Assembly: GCF_009914755.1 (NCBI RefSeq)
Contig: NC_060942.1
Origin: the human T2T-CHM13v2.0 reference genome, Homo sapiens
Reading direction: 5' to 3' (one strand)
DNA: 64,000 bases
The notes under the pieces were generated by a model. The model was not told where the DNA came from and did no database searches. It was given only the letters and a program-made list of their open reading frames with translations. Positions within the stretch are counted from its first letter, which is position 1, and every line of letters begins with the position of its first letter. Below, piece after piece: positions 1 to 18,721 of the stretch. A program made the position numbers and the translations under genes.

Positions 1-287
1 GGGCAGACTGACATCTCACACGGCCGGGTACTCCTTTCAGACAAAACTTCCAGAGGAACGATCAGACAGCAGCATTCATGGTTCATGAAAATCCGCAGTT
101 CTGAAGCTACCGCTGCTGATACCCAGGCAAACAGGGTCTGGAGTGGACCTCTAGCAAACTCCAACAGACCTGCAGCTGAGGGTCCTGTCTGTTAGAAGGA
201 AAACTAACAAACAGAAAGGACATCCACACCAAAAACCCATCTGTACATCACCATCATCAAAGACCAAAAGTAGATAAAACCACAAAG

Positions 288-1304
288 ATGGGGAAAAAAC
301 AGAGCAAAAAAACTGGAAACTCTAAAAAGCAGAGTGCCTCTCCTCCTCCAAAGGAACGCAGTTCCTCACCAGCAATGGAACAAAGCTGGACGGAGAATGA
401 CTTTGACGAGTGGAGAGAAGAAGGCTTCAGACAATCAAAGTACTCCGAGCTACAGGAGGAAATTCAAACCGAAGGCAAAGAAGTTAAATACTTCGAAAAA
501 AATTTAGACGAATGTATAACTAGAATAATCAATAGAGAGAAGTGCTTAAAGGAGCTGATGGAGCTGAAAGCCAAGGATCGAGAACTACATGAAGAATGCA
601 GAAGCCTCAGGAGCCAATGCGATCAACTGGAAGAAAGGGTATCAGTGATGCAAGATGAAATGAATGAAATGAAGTGAGAAGGGAAGTTTAGAGAAAAAAG
701 AATAAAAAGAAACGAACAAAGCCTTCAAGAAATATGGGACTATGTGAAAAGACCAAATCTACGTCTGATTGGTGTACCTGAAAGTGACGGGGAGGATGGA
801 ACCAAGTTGGAAAACACTCTGCAGGATATTATCCAGGAGAACTTCCCCAATCTAGCAAGGCAGGCCAACGTTCAGATTCAGGAAATACAGAGAACGCCAC
901 AAAGATACTCCTCGAGAAGAGCAACTCCAAGACACATAATTGTCAGATTCACCAAAGTTGAAATGAGGGAAAAAATGTTAAGGGCAGCCAGAGAGAAAGG
1001 CCGGGTTACCCACAAAGGGAAGCCCATCAGACTAACAGCGGATCTCTCGGCAGAAACTCCACAAGCCAGAAGAGAGTGGGGGACAATAGTCAACATTCTT
1101 AAAGAAAAGAATTTTCAACCCAGAATTTCATATCCAGCCAAACTAAGCTTCATAAGTGAAGGAGAAATAAAATCCTTTACAGACAAGCAAATGCTGAGAG
1201 ATTTTCTCACCACCAGGCCTGCCCTAAAAGAGCTCCTGAAGGAAGCACTAAACATGGAAAGGAACAAACCGTACCACCCACTGCAAAAACATGCCAAATT
1301 GTAA
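288..1304 (+). pseudogene. L1 ORF1p (RNA-binding chaperone), disrupted
   Basis: MGKKQSKKTGNSK...AKL spans 1017 bp = 338 codons + stop in one frame. Single premature TGA at 675-677 (consensus CGA, CpG decay). Confidence 0.95.
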
Positions 1305-1352
1305 AGACCGTCGAGGCTGGGAAGAACCTGCATCAACTAACGAGCAAGATAA

Positions 1353-5195
<3,843 letters not shown>

Positions 5196-5509
5196 ACAAT
5201 GAGAACACATGGACACAGGAAGGGGAACATCACACTCTGGGGACTGTTGTGGGGTCGGGGAAGGAGGGAGGGATAGCATTAGGAGATATACCTAATGCTA
5301 AATGACGAGTTAATGGGTGGAGCACACCAGCATGGCACATGTATACATATGTAACTAAGCTGCACATTGTGCACATGTACCCTAAAACTTAAACTATAAT
5401 AATAATAAAATTTAAAAAAAAATTGAGAATCAGGCAGCAACCTTTATTTGGTCATTTGGATAAAAGTACTGTTATTTTATAAAAAAAAAGAAAGAAAAAA
5501 GAAACTAGA

Positions 5510-7090
5510 CAAAGTATTATTTTGAATAACTTTAAAATGTAGAAATGACATTATATACTCAGTGGGTTATATTCTAAGGACAAATAGAAACACACACAAA
5601 AAAATCCTAAACTTCATTCACTTACTTAAAATTAGTTATAATATTGTGAAACAACTATATACACATACACGGAACAGAATAAAGAGAAAAACATTATATT
5701 TATGTTATTCAAAAAAGCAAATCAGAATTTCTGTTAAATAATCTAAAATTTGAATTAGAACTAAGAGTATAATCTTTTTTCTTTACAAGAATTTATATCT
5801 TTTCAGCTTTGTCCATTGAAGAGACCTAAAAAAAATTACAGACTCCTCAATAATGAGCATCCTATCACCTACCAACAACGTTGTGGCTTCTAGGTCCGAG
5901 ACAAGAAATGTATTTAATACAAATGAGTTTGAGACATCTTGTTGGCCTAAAAGCAAGGAAGGAAGCAAGGAAACTGTCAAAGATAAATGCAGTCCTGTCA
6001 AAAAGACATAAGAGGCAACATAAGGGATCTCCCAATGGCCAAAAATGAAACAATCAGAAACCAAAAAGAATAACTGCTCTGCGACTGATCAAAAACATAC
6101 AATCTATATGGACAATATGAACAGAGGTTCATAATAAAATAAATAAACAAAAAATGAAAATGTATCAATTACTACTAGAGGGACCAAAGGCATGAAACTC
6201 TAGTTTTGAAAATTAAATATTAAAAGGAAGAAGTTAAGCATTACTCCCCTCTTTCCAACTATGATTACACAGTGGATGAAGGAAAATTCTTCTTTACAGA
6301 AAAACTCTATGTCACAAATATGCACATAATATGGTAACTAGAAATTTGCCGTTTGGCAATATATAATAAAACCGTTTAGTCAAATGAAAGTCACATGAAA
6401 GAATGATGGTGACATTTAGAATGAAAGGATTAGCTATCACCATCTGAACCTACCAATCAATCTTAGTATCTCCAGGATAACTAGACATTATGTATCTCCT
6501 GATATGATAGAATATGAAATAAACAGGAACACGTATTAAGTATTTTTGCCAAAAAATTCCATCTAAATGATCTATCATCTAGAGTTAATTTTCAGTTTAC
6601 AATAGAAATTGATGAGAGGGAACAAATTGAAGGACACAGGAAGATGCAAACAAACAAATCTGAAATGTGAGATATTCTGTAAGACTGCTTACCTGTTGAC
6701 CAACTAGTCAAAGATGTGAGTTGAATAGTTAAAAAAGAAAAGCAAGCAAGGGGTACTGCACAACTTTTTTCTTAAACTTAGGTCGGGTAGCAAATAGTTG
6801 CAGTCTGTGTTGTCTCACTTAAAATCACTTAACTCTGCAACTGATGTGAGAAAGCAGCCATAGGATGCACACAAATGGGCATGGCTGTGTTCTAACAAAA
6901 CTTCATTTACAAAAACCTGCCTCTGCTCGACTGAAAAAAACTAAGACACATGACTAATCAAATGTGGTGTGGGATCCTGTATGAATCCTGATTTGAACTA
7001 ATCAAAATAAACATATTTTTTTCAAAGATAATCAGGCATAATGTGAATATGGGTTTTGAATCAGCTAATATTAAGGGAAGTGTTGTTAAT
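5510..7090 (+). mobile_element. Old L1M 3' end (L1MC4/L1MC5-like)
   Basis: Resembles recalled L1MC5 3'UTR (ctgaacctaccaatcaatctt...agacattatgtatctcctgat...gtatttttgccaaaaaa). Confidence 0.6.
6750..6925 (-). mobile_element. MER58A-like hAT-Charlie relic inside L1MC
   Basis: gaaagcagccatag...atgggcatggctgtgttctaacaaaacttcatttacaaaaac matches the reverse of recalled MER58A. Confidence 0.65.
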
Positions 7091-7149
7091 ATTCTTGAGT
7101 GGACAAACTAAATAATCAAATTGATGTAAATGAGTAACAAAGTACTACA

Positions 7150-8545
7150 GATGAAACTTGAAATAGATGAGATTTTGCCTGAATAGATAGGTAAGGGAAA
7201 GTTTCCTCATAAAAGTAACGATTCAGCCAAGATCTGCAAGATGACTAAAGATAAGCAGGAAAATAATTACAAGCAAAGGAAAAAGGCAGACATAGGACTG
7301 AGACTGGAAGGAAACATGTCTCCTATGCAAAAGTAAAGGACAATGTGTAAGGAGCTGACCTTGGGGAAGAACAGAGGTAGGTAAAATCACCAAGGAATTA
7401 TGCCTTCATTCTAGGAACAATGGGAAGTATCTGAAGAGTATATAGCAGAGGAGTCACAGGATGAGATCTGCATTTTGAAATGATTGGCTGGTTGGAGACT
7501 GATGAAGCAAGAGTTGACATCAGACCTGTTAAAGAGTTACTGCAGTAGAGTAGGCACTAAGGCGATGATAAAGGAGAATGAATGGATTTGAGGGGTGGTT
7601 GCTGACAAGACTTGGTAATGAATTGAATATGGCAGGTGACAGGGAGTGTCAAAATTGACTCTCAGGTTTCTGGCATGCATAAATGGTGGTGTCATTCAAT
7701 GAGGCGGCAACAGAGAAAGAGGATCAAAAGACTCTGGGAAAGGGCAAGATTTCCATTTTCGACATGCTGAGTTTGAGATGTCTCTGATAAACCCAAAAGA
7801 TGACATTAGTCATCTGATTGGACATGCAGGTCTGAAGCCAGAGGATAGGGCTAGCTAAATGTATGTTTGTGAGTCATCGGTGTAAGGATGGGAGTGGCTA
7901 CAATCACCTAGGAAAAGAGTAGAGAGAGAAAAGAGAAGGGGTTGCTACAGTCTGAATGTTTGTGTCCCCCACAAATGTATATGTTGAAATCCTAGCCCCC
8001 AAGGTGATGGTATTAGGAGGTGGGGTCTTCGGGTAGGCATTAGGATTAGGTGAGGTCATGAGGGTACAGCCTTCATGTATGGGATTAGTGTCCTTACAAG
8101 AGTCCGAGAGAGCTTGCTTCCACTCTCCACCATGGGAAGACAAGAGAAAAAACTGCCCTCTTTGGGTCAGTAAGCAGGTCCTCACTAGACACCAAATCAG
8201 TCGGCGCCTTGATCTAGGACTTCCCAGATTCCAGATCTGTGGGAAGTAAATGTCTGTTGTTTATAAGCTACCCAGTATATGCTATTTTGTTATAGCAACC
8301 CGAACTAAGACAGGGTGACTTTGAGAAATGCCAACATTTAAAGTATCACAAGATCACTTCAAATCTAGATAAACTTTTACAGAATTTTGAAGAGTGGCCA
8401 AAAAAACCATAAAGAAGATGAGGAAACCAAGAAGAGGTTATCTTGATGAAGGAGTGGTTACCAGTGTCAAATACAACTGAAAGGACAAACGAGACAGAAA
8501 ATGTCCACTGGATTTGGCAATATGGAGGTCACTGGTGACCAACAA
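7150..8545 (-). mobile_element. L2 fragment, interrupted by an MLT1A LTR
   Basis: Purine-rich degenerate L2 motifs (gtcaaaattgactctcaggtttctggc; gagtttgagatgtct; ccactggatttggcaatatggaggtcactggtgacc). Confidence 0.65.
7943..8312 (+). mobile_element. MaLR solo LTR, MLT1A/MLT1A0-like
   Basis: TG...CA ends (tgctacagtctgaatgtttgtgtcccc ... gaactaagaca), about 370 bp, flanked by gggt/gggt. Confidence 0.8.
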
Positions 8546-11389
8546 TTCTTTTCATTAGTAACATTAAAAATACCATTGATTAAAACATAATCTGAATGTA
8601 AGACTTCCTGAGATATCGTTAATCCCATTGATTAGCTCATTCACATGCATTAAATATGCATTAAGTTTCCAGGGGAAATTTTTGCAAACTAAAAATTTAT
8701 AAAATAGCATGCGTGCACACACACAATTTTACACAGTATAAAACTTACATATCCAAGAAAATAAGCAAAGGAAAATCTGGAATGAATGTCAGGAAACTAT
8801 ACAACAGTGGTGCAAGCACAACCCTTGAATCATTTCATTCCTTGGCAGCAGAAGCCATTTTTCCTGGAGCTGAATCTACTGCCAGCAACGAACATCCTGG
8901 GAATCTCTAGTATGAAGGATTAACAGACTGGCTGAAACACTGGAAAATATATTGAAGGGAACAATCTAGTACTAGCTCAAAGGGGATGAAATGACCTAAC
9001 ATCCCACTGCCAGATTTATAAAATAATAGAGACTATAATAATAATAATGAACCTCTTTACAATATAACATAACAATATTAGCATCTTTTCTGTGAGTTGT
9101 TTTATTAATTGCTGAAGAAATTCAGAATAAGAAATTCCTACATCTGTAGTAAAATACAATTTTTAATCAATTAAAATGTATACCATCACTGGTACTTGAG
9201 ATTTAATCATATTCTCTGCTGATTTCAAAACCTTCCAATAAGTGCTTTCATCCTAAATTAGCCACTCATTCTGGTATATAAGTGCATCAATAAAGATCTA
9301 AAACCTGAACATTTGTAGAAACATAAATAACAGCCAAATATCTTAAATAGCAATTTTATAATATCTTTGTCAAATTACTTGCTTTCTGATTTTAAAATAT
9401 TGTAAATATTATTAGGTTCAGATATAAATTTGGCAATAGCTACAGGAAAAATCATATTATCTCTTAGGGACAAATTTTATTTCCAACAATATTTTTGAGA
9501 ACTTTAACTTGTCTTTGAAGACTTGATCACAGTTTACAGAATCTCATTCTCTTCCACATAGAAAACAAAGTAAATGCACAGATTATCATATACCACCAAA
9601 GCAAAGGGGACAAGGCACCTGAAAATAGTTTTTAAAGGTTTTGTAAACAGTAAGTCATATGCACCAGGTATCTAAAATTCCGAGACTGAACAGATGAAAA
9701 TGTACAGGGAACTCATTAAGTATACCACTGTCCCTTGTTTTACAGATGTACCATCTATATTTACAGGTGTAGATAAACAGATCAATTTATTACCAGCATT
9801 CCTTCCTACATGGTATGTGGATGAAAAACGTCTTCTGACTTCGGACAAAGCAACTATTTAAAAAGAATGTTGTCATGGCTCTCCACTACAGACATTTGCT
9901 CTGCAAATGCCCAATATGGCCATGCAGCAATGTGAAGCTGGCTTGGTTCCCAGCAATGCACAGTTTGCTATATGGCTTGAAGTTGTATTTCAATGTGTTA
10001 ATAGCATGTTGCTGTCTACTCTACTTGTGGTCTAATAAGCAAGGTCTAAAACTCCACAAATGCAGACATTCATTTGAAATTTCCTTCTGGCACTTTCTTG
10101 TGATGAATATAGAGTTAGGGTGAAGGGAACTCTAATGGAGATTTCATAAGAACAAAATTTACTTGAAAATAATTTATTGATTAGATTTGTTTACAACTTA
10201 CATTTTGAAAGAAGCATTTCAATGTCATTATGTTCCTCTTTGTACCAAAGGAAATGGTGGATGGACAGAGCACACATTAAAACTATGACTCCCACAGATG
10301 CCAAATTGGTTCCAGTGGGAATGCAGTTGACTAAAGGAAAAAAAGACCTAAAGCACATGCTCATTACAAAAATAGCCATCAAAGACATATAATTCAGCCT
10401 GAAAATATTACAATTTACCTTTTAATGTCATCCAGAGAAATTAAGATACTTGTTTTAAAAAAATCTAGACTTTGGGGGACATGAATGATGACTATATGCT
10501 AAAATCAAAACTGTTCTTCAGTCCACACCCATCTGTCTGCACTGAATAATCTGAGGCATAAACACTAAGAATGTAATGGAAAAATTGAGTTCACAAATAA
10601 ACAGGTATAAAATAGCACATTCAGCACATTTTATGATCATCAAAAAGCTTGCTCATTTTTAAAGTCATTATTTTGTACAAACTGCCTCTTGGCAAAACGA
10701 TTTATAGCCATTATAAAATTCTTCCTAAAAAACTGAGCTCTAAGTTATGATTCTTCAACATCCATGCCACAAATATTAGATCAGTGAAGTTAGATAATCT
10801 GGAGCCATGAAATAAGGCCAATTCTGCTGAGAGTGATTAAATATTTATGTCATATCCTTTCTATAGCAGAGCAGTAAAAATACACACAAGATAAAATGCT
10901 ACATAACGGTAAGAGTTTAAAGTCTATTGGAGTCATTAAAATAAGAACAAGTTTTCATATATATACACAGAAATTATGCCATTAAGTCATTATCAGAAGA
11001 CCATCTCAGAGTCATTTTTCAGTTGTGGTCATGGATATACACGGAAACATCCACAGTCTCTCACCCTTGTACTCAGAAGGGTGTGGTGATACACACTAAA
11101 CCCACATCTGTGAGCTGGCAGGTGAGGATTGTGGGAGCTGTCTGTCACAGGAATGTAGTCATCAGAAATTGAAGCTTGCTGAGGTGGATGGGTGGAGATG
11201 AAAAGACTGATCTTGGTCTCACCAGTCCAATGTTCTAACCACTCTAATTGAAGTATCAGCCTGACTGCCATAGTGACTGAGGCATATACCTCAGCATCTT
11301 CTCCAAGCAAAAAAGACAAGCTATGCAGTCTTTTGCCTCTGGTCTTTGCACCTGCTGCTGACTATCTGGAGATACTTCTTCAATCTCCG

Positions 11390-11685
11390 TATCCTCTGGA
11401 AAACTCCTACTCTTCACTAAGTGTGACTCTTCTATGAGGCCCTCCCCGATTGCTACATGCACATTTTGGTGCTCTCCCTTCTAGGTTCCCACTGTGCCTT
11501 ATGCTTCCTACCAACATGCAACTTCACAAAATGAATTTGTAAATGGCTTTATTGTCTATCTCCCCTCTCAATAATCATAGAATCTTTGAGGGCAGATGTT
11601 GAGTTTTTATTTTAGTTTCTCTATACCCACTATAGTGCTTGGCATAAGAAACCACCATATTTATTAACTGGAGTAAATGGACAAA
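11390..11685 (+). mobile_element. L2 3' end fragment
   Basis: tctttgagggcag...atagtgcttggcata...aaatgg pattern typical of the L2 3' end. Confidence 0.5.
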
Positions 11686-12789
11686 AACTAATGTTCCATA
11701 TTCAATGATCCACAAGTCATCTTATGTATGGGAGTTCTATGCATCATCATTACCTTTATATTAGACTGACAAGCACAATTTAGGCTGGGCTGGGATTCAG
11801 AGTCATAACCATAAACATAAAATTACTTCCTTCCTTAGGAGTAAGCAAAGGCCTATAAATCACTGGCAACAGGAACTTACACAATAATTCCCAAGGTCTT
11901 AACTGCTCATTTCTTAAAATCTTAAGAAAACCCCACAATTTGGACATTTTGCAGACGGAAGTGAGAAAAATTCAATCATTATAATCATCCCTGGTCCCCA
12001 GCCAAAAGGAAAGCTTTCTATTTTCTTCCAGCAGAATAGAGAACTAGAATAACATGATTAATCTCACAGTTGGCCAAACTGAAATAGTTCTGAAGACTTT
12101 ATAGTTATCACTTTATTCATTCTATGAATTATTTCAGATTATTTTAAATCAAAATCCGCAATACTTCTACCAACCTCTAGAACTAGGGTCCCTTATGAAG
12201 GCTACCTATCCTTTTTCAGGTAAAAGTTGTAACTGTTGGATATAGGAAATGGGTGAGGTGCGATGAAAGAGATCATGATGGGGGTTGGGAGGAAGTTTAC
12301 TGTGGATAGGAAGACAAGCTAAAGTGCATTTTTGGTGGCCATTCCTAGAAGGTGAAAACTGGGTCCAAAGAAGACCTAAATTCTGATGAAAAGGACACAG
12401 GTTCTTATTTATCTCACATCTGAATAAACAGTTATTAGTTATTCAACTGTTCCCTTTATCTCTATTTTGTACATAATTTTTAAGAAAATTAACCAATGGT
12501 TACTCATCAGTTTATAATCTAGTTGAAGATGTAAAGTATACACATACTTACTAAAAGTTAAACACGAAAACAACAAGACATAAAATGATTCTATATTATT
12601 TATTATTTGACAAATAATAAAACTAATTTTAGATTTATTAACCTAATAATTAATCTAATAATTCCAAATTACTTGACAAATAATAAATCTATTAGACAAA
12701 ATAATAAATCTATAACAATAAGAGGTATAAGAACAGGGACAAAATAAAGTACTGTGGTCTATAAACAAGTATCAGGGGAAAAATGATAA

Positions 12790-13730
12790 ATGGGAATTAT
12801 AGATTATTTGAAATGTTGAGAAAAAACAAGCCACAGCCTGGAAGAAATAAATGTTTGCAAAACAACATACTTGCAAAGTACTTGTATCCAAAATAATATA
12901 TAAAGAAAACTCAAACACTCAAAACTCAAAAACCCAAACAACCCAATATTAAAAAGGATAAAGATCTAAATAGACATTTCACCAAAGAAGATACATGGAT
13001 GGCAAAAGAACACATGAAAAGATGCTCAACATTATTTGTCATTAGGGAAATGCAAATTAAAACCATGAGTGAGCACCACAGAACTATTAAAATGGCTTTT
13101 ACAAAAAGCAAACACTAATTTCTGGTGAAGATGTGGAGCAACTAGAACTGTCATATATTGTTGGCAAGAATGCAAAATGGTATGGCCACTTTGGAAAATA
13201 CTTTGACACCTTCTTATAAAGTTAAACATACAATTACATATGCCCAAGAAACTCTACTCCTAGGTATTTACCCAAGAGAAATGAAAATGTTAGGTTCCCA
13301 CAAAATTCTCTACACAAATATTTATGGCAGCTTCATACATAATTGCCCCAAAATGAAAACATCCAAATGTCCTTCAATCAGTGAATGGATAAACTGTGGT
13401 ATCCATAGAATAAAATACTTGCTCAGTAATAAAAACGAATGATACACACAAGAACATGGATAAATCTCCAGTCTCAAAAGACTAAATACCATATGATAAG
13501 ATTTATGACAAAGTGGCAAAGGAAAACTAAATAACAGAAGGGGGCTTGGGTAGTAAGAATGGTTTGACTACAGAGCAGCACAGCGGAATCTTTAGGGAGA
13601 TGAACATATTATCTTCACTATGGTGGTAAATACATGACTATATGTGTTTGTCAACTCAAAGAACTATTTACTAAAAGGGAAATTTTCTACATGTAATACA
13701 TTTTTTAGTGTCCTAACAAATTAAAAACAA
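12790..13730 (+). mobile_element. Old L1M (ORF2 C-terminus plus 3'UTR)
   Basis: aatagacatttcaccaaagaagata...aagatgctcaac...ctcctaggtatttacccaagagaaatgaaa; degenerate ORF2 peptide LLGIYPREMK. Confidence 0.8.
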
Positions 13731-15777
13731 CAGTCACTAAGGTGAAGCAGTAGCCTATGCTGGTCGAATATACCAACTGTATTCAAGGGAAGAAGAAAAT
13801 TAGGTTATAGATTTTAAGCTCAATTCTAATGTCCTGTTCAAGCACAGACCATTTGTCTTTAAAAACCTTTGATATCAAGCCCCTTATAATCTCTCTACAC
13901 TTTTCACATGTCTTTCCCATGCTAGCATCCAAAAAAATCTTACTACCTCAAAAAAGAACTACTATCAGACATCTGGGAACAAAACCAAGTGTTTCCTGCC
14001 ATGACAGAGACTTGTTAATATCCTACCAAAAATGAGCTATACTGAAATGAGATAAGTTCCTGAGAAAAGCTTACCACACCCTAAATACTACAGCAATGGT
14101 TCATTCCACATCAATCTGTATATTGGCCCCAAACAAACAAAAGGCTTATTAGAGAAGAGTTATTTCTCAAGGTCTTAATGGAAGTCAGAGGAAATAGTCA
14201 ATGAAGCACTAAATATTTAATTCAAAACACTCAGTATACTTGGTTTGGTAGTCTGAGACATACGCCTTATAATTAATAAAACAGATTTTCTCCTTAAGAA
14301 TCCACATTCTATCTACTATCAGATAAAATTCTGCAGAGGGCAGAGAACAAAAGAGATACAGAACCATGCAGAAAAACTCAATAACCTATATGTAGAAATA
14401 AGTAAAAGGCAAAAAAGAGTATTTCTACACGATGAATATACTTTAAAATGCACATAGAGCTTAAATAATCAAATGGGTCCATTATTTATTTAAAAAATGA
14501 CTTCATGAATGTCACTAAAAGAATACTATTTTTCTAATGCACAATATTCATCTTTTAGATAGATATATTAGCTTAGACTACTACACTGCCTTTTGAGAAG
14601 TTCAAAGAACCTTAAGATCAACCTCATTACTCCATCCTTTAAAAAGGGTTTTCTAATTTTCAACTTATTTATTCATATATGTATGCGCTTATGTATGCAT
14701 ATATTTAAAGCAATGGAACCCTTTCTTCCAATGAAAGCTGATGTGAAATGGCAACGTGTAAACAGATCAAAGCAGAGGGGAGCTGCTCTGGGAGGAGTAG
14801 AGTGGGTATCCCAGAGCAGCTGGTGGCTGCTCATGTTGACACCAGCAAAGAAAGCACGAGATCTAGAGTACGAGAACAAAACACAGAACCTGAAAATGAT
14901 TGCTTTAAAGTAAAAGGTATCAGAATCACAGAATCTTGGATTTGGGGGTAGACCTCCCTTTACCCAATTTTCCATCCATCTCTCTGATGGTGCCTCCAAA
15001 GGTATGCAGCCACTGCTGAACAGCTTAAGTTCTCTTAGGTCTTTCCCAGGACTCTTTCCCAAGTGAAAATGCAGGTCACAGTTACACTGTCCTATGTGAA
15101 AGATACTGAAATACATGAACGAGTTGCCACATTCCTTTTGGTTATTAGGATCAGCATGTTTCCTTTGTCAAATAAAGTGGAGTGGATCTACTTGTATCTG
15201 GTTCCTCTGAGGTAGTGGCAGTCTAGATCCAACTCTAATGAAATAAACAGCTGTTACAATGCTTCGTAGTGTACTAGCACATCTGGAGCTAAAAAGTCAC
15301 CAGAGGAATCTTAGTCAAAGATTCCTCTAAATACAAACTGTAAGTACTAACTAGCCTTGAAGAGGGTCACATCAACATGACTCTTAAAACTGCAACGTCT
15401 GTATCTGATTTTACTTCTGCAGGCAAGAAAAGGAACACAGGTTGGAGACAAGAAAACTTAGTATTCATAGATAAAAAATTTTAAAACATGTAATTCCTTT
15501 ATAATAATATTCAGTTATATATACCTTCCAAAATTCTTTTTCTTGCCATCTGTTGATGTTTCTAAATTACACATGTGATTTTCATGTTCCCCTGCCTTTT
15601 ACCTACTGAAATACTATTCATCCGATAAGATCTTGTTTGAAACACAGGTACGTTATGAAGTATTCTGCTTTATCCTAGTTTGGAACTATTTGCTCCCCCC
15701 ACTTTCCATATTCATATACTTTGCACAATTTATCACTTTCTGTATTAGCTGGCCATACGGAAATTCTACTTGATTGA

Positions 15778-16408
<631 letters not shown>

Positions 16409-16580
16409 TGAAACGGAATTTCTTATACTTAAAGTGTACTTTCACACTCCCTTTCAGTAGATAAGGTATTTAGATGTTGTAAGAATTAAAGATCCATATA
16501 ATACAAAAATACATGGATTGGTTACAAACTGTGGGGGTGTCTAGCAGAGATTTAATACAATATCTAAAAATGTACCTTTC

Positions 16581-16879
16581 GGCCAGTGCAGTGGCTCACG
16601 CCTGTAATCCCAGCACTTTGGGAGGCCAAGGCGGGTGGATCACCTGAGGTCAGGAGTTGAGACCAGCCTGGCCAACATGGTGAAACCCCATCTCTACTAA
16701 AAATACTAAAATTAGCTGGACTTGGTGTTGCACCTGTAATCCCAGCTACCCGGGAGGCTGAGGCAGGAGAATTGCTGGAACCCAGGAGGGAGAGGCTTCA
16801 GTGAGCCGAGATCAAGCTACTGCACTCCATCCTGGGTGACAGGGCAAGATTCCATCAAAAAAAAAAAAAAGAAAAAAAA
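16581..16879 (+). mobile_element. Alu (AluSx-like)
   Basis: Full Alu with A-tail; acctttc on both flanks. Confidence 0.93.
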
Positions 16880-17344
16880 CACCTTTCGCAGAACAGTCAG
16901 ATGAAAAAAAAAGCATCCATTTTTTCAGTCAGATGAAATAGCTTCTAGATGCTCTTTCAGGTATAAAATCTTTGTGTTCAGATGTAGTTACATGACAGAT
17001 TTCTCTTCAATCTAACCCTATGTCCCTCTAACTTGCCTATGATGGTGCTGTTGCTCCACTCCCACAATGTAGTAGTTGTGCTATCACTCCCTCCAGTTTG
17101 CTGGTTTCCAATGATTAGATAAATGCACTTGGTGGGGCAGAGGCTGTTGACTGTTCCCCAATGATCCATTTCTCCCTTTCTTCTACACTAACAGATTTTT
17201 TTTAGTAGAGCACATGGCTGCAATTAATAAAGACTATATTTCTCAGCTTCCACTGCTGTTAAGTATGATCCCATGGTGAATTCTGGATTGCTAGATTGAA
17301 GGTCTCCTGGCAGCTTCTGAGAACCTTCATTAAGAGTTAGTGCT

Positions 17345-17965
<621 letters not shown>

Positions 17966-18120
17966 GTCACCCAGTGTCTCACTTCACTTTTTATTGTTTG
18001 CCTCCTCCCCTATCCTGTGGCTTGAACTAAGATGCTTCCTGGACCTAAGAAGGAGGATCAAACCCTAGGGGATGGTTAGGGGATGGTGCATCTGAAAAGA
18101 GTGTGAGTCTCCGAGGACTG

Positions 18121-18721
18121 TGTGATAGGCAGAATTTCCCCTGCTCAAAGATGTCTATGCCCTAATGCCTGGAACCTGTGAACATGTTACATTACAGGTC
18201 AAAAGGTAATTTGCAGACATAATTAAGATTATTGTCCTTAAAACCGGGAGACTATCCTGGATTATCCAAATATGCACAATCTAATCATATGATCCCTTAA
18301 AAGCAGAGAACTTTATCTGTCTGGAGTCAGAGACATGTGGCAGAAGTCAGAGGGATTTCAAGCATGAGAAGCATCATTTGATGTGCCAGTTAGATGCAGG
18401 GGCCCACATGTAAGGACCAGAGAGAGGTTTCCAGGAGCTAAGCAGCCCTCAGGAAGGCAAGGGGGAACTCAGTTCTACAATCACAAGGAACTAGATTCTG
18501 CCAACAACCTTAATGAGCCTAGTGGTAGATTCTTCCCAGAGCCTCCCAATATGAACCCAGCAGGCCTACAACTTGATTTCAACCTTGTGAAACCTGGAAC
18601 AGAGAAACCAGCAGAGCCAAGTCAGATTTCTGATCTACAGAATTGTGGGATAACAAATCTGTGTTGATTAAGCAGTTAAGTTTGCAGTAACTTGTTACAG
18701 CAGCAAATGGAAGCTAATACA
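18121..18721 (+). mobile_element. MaLR solo LTR, MLT1E-like
   Basis: tgtgataggcagaat ... gctaataca; flanks gactg/gactt (TSD). Confidence 0.8.

Noticed and set aside
5239-5273. G-quadruplex-like tract
   Set aside because: Standard feature of the L1PA 3'UTR; not locus-specific.
14593-15116. Overlapping 106-aa and 147-aa ORFs
   Set aside because: No recognisable domain or splice context; consistent with chance intronic ORFs.
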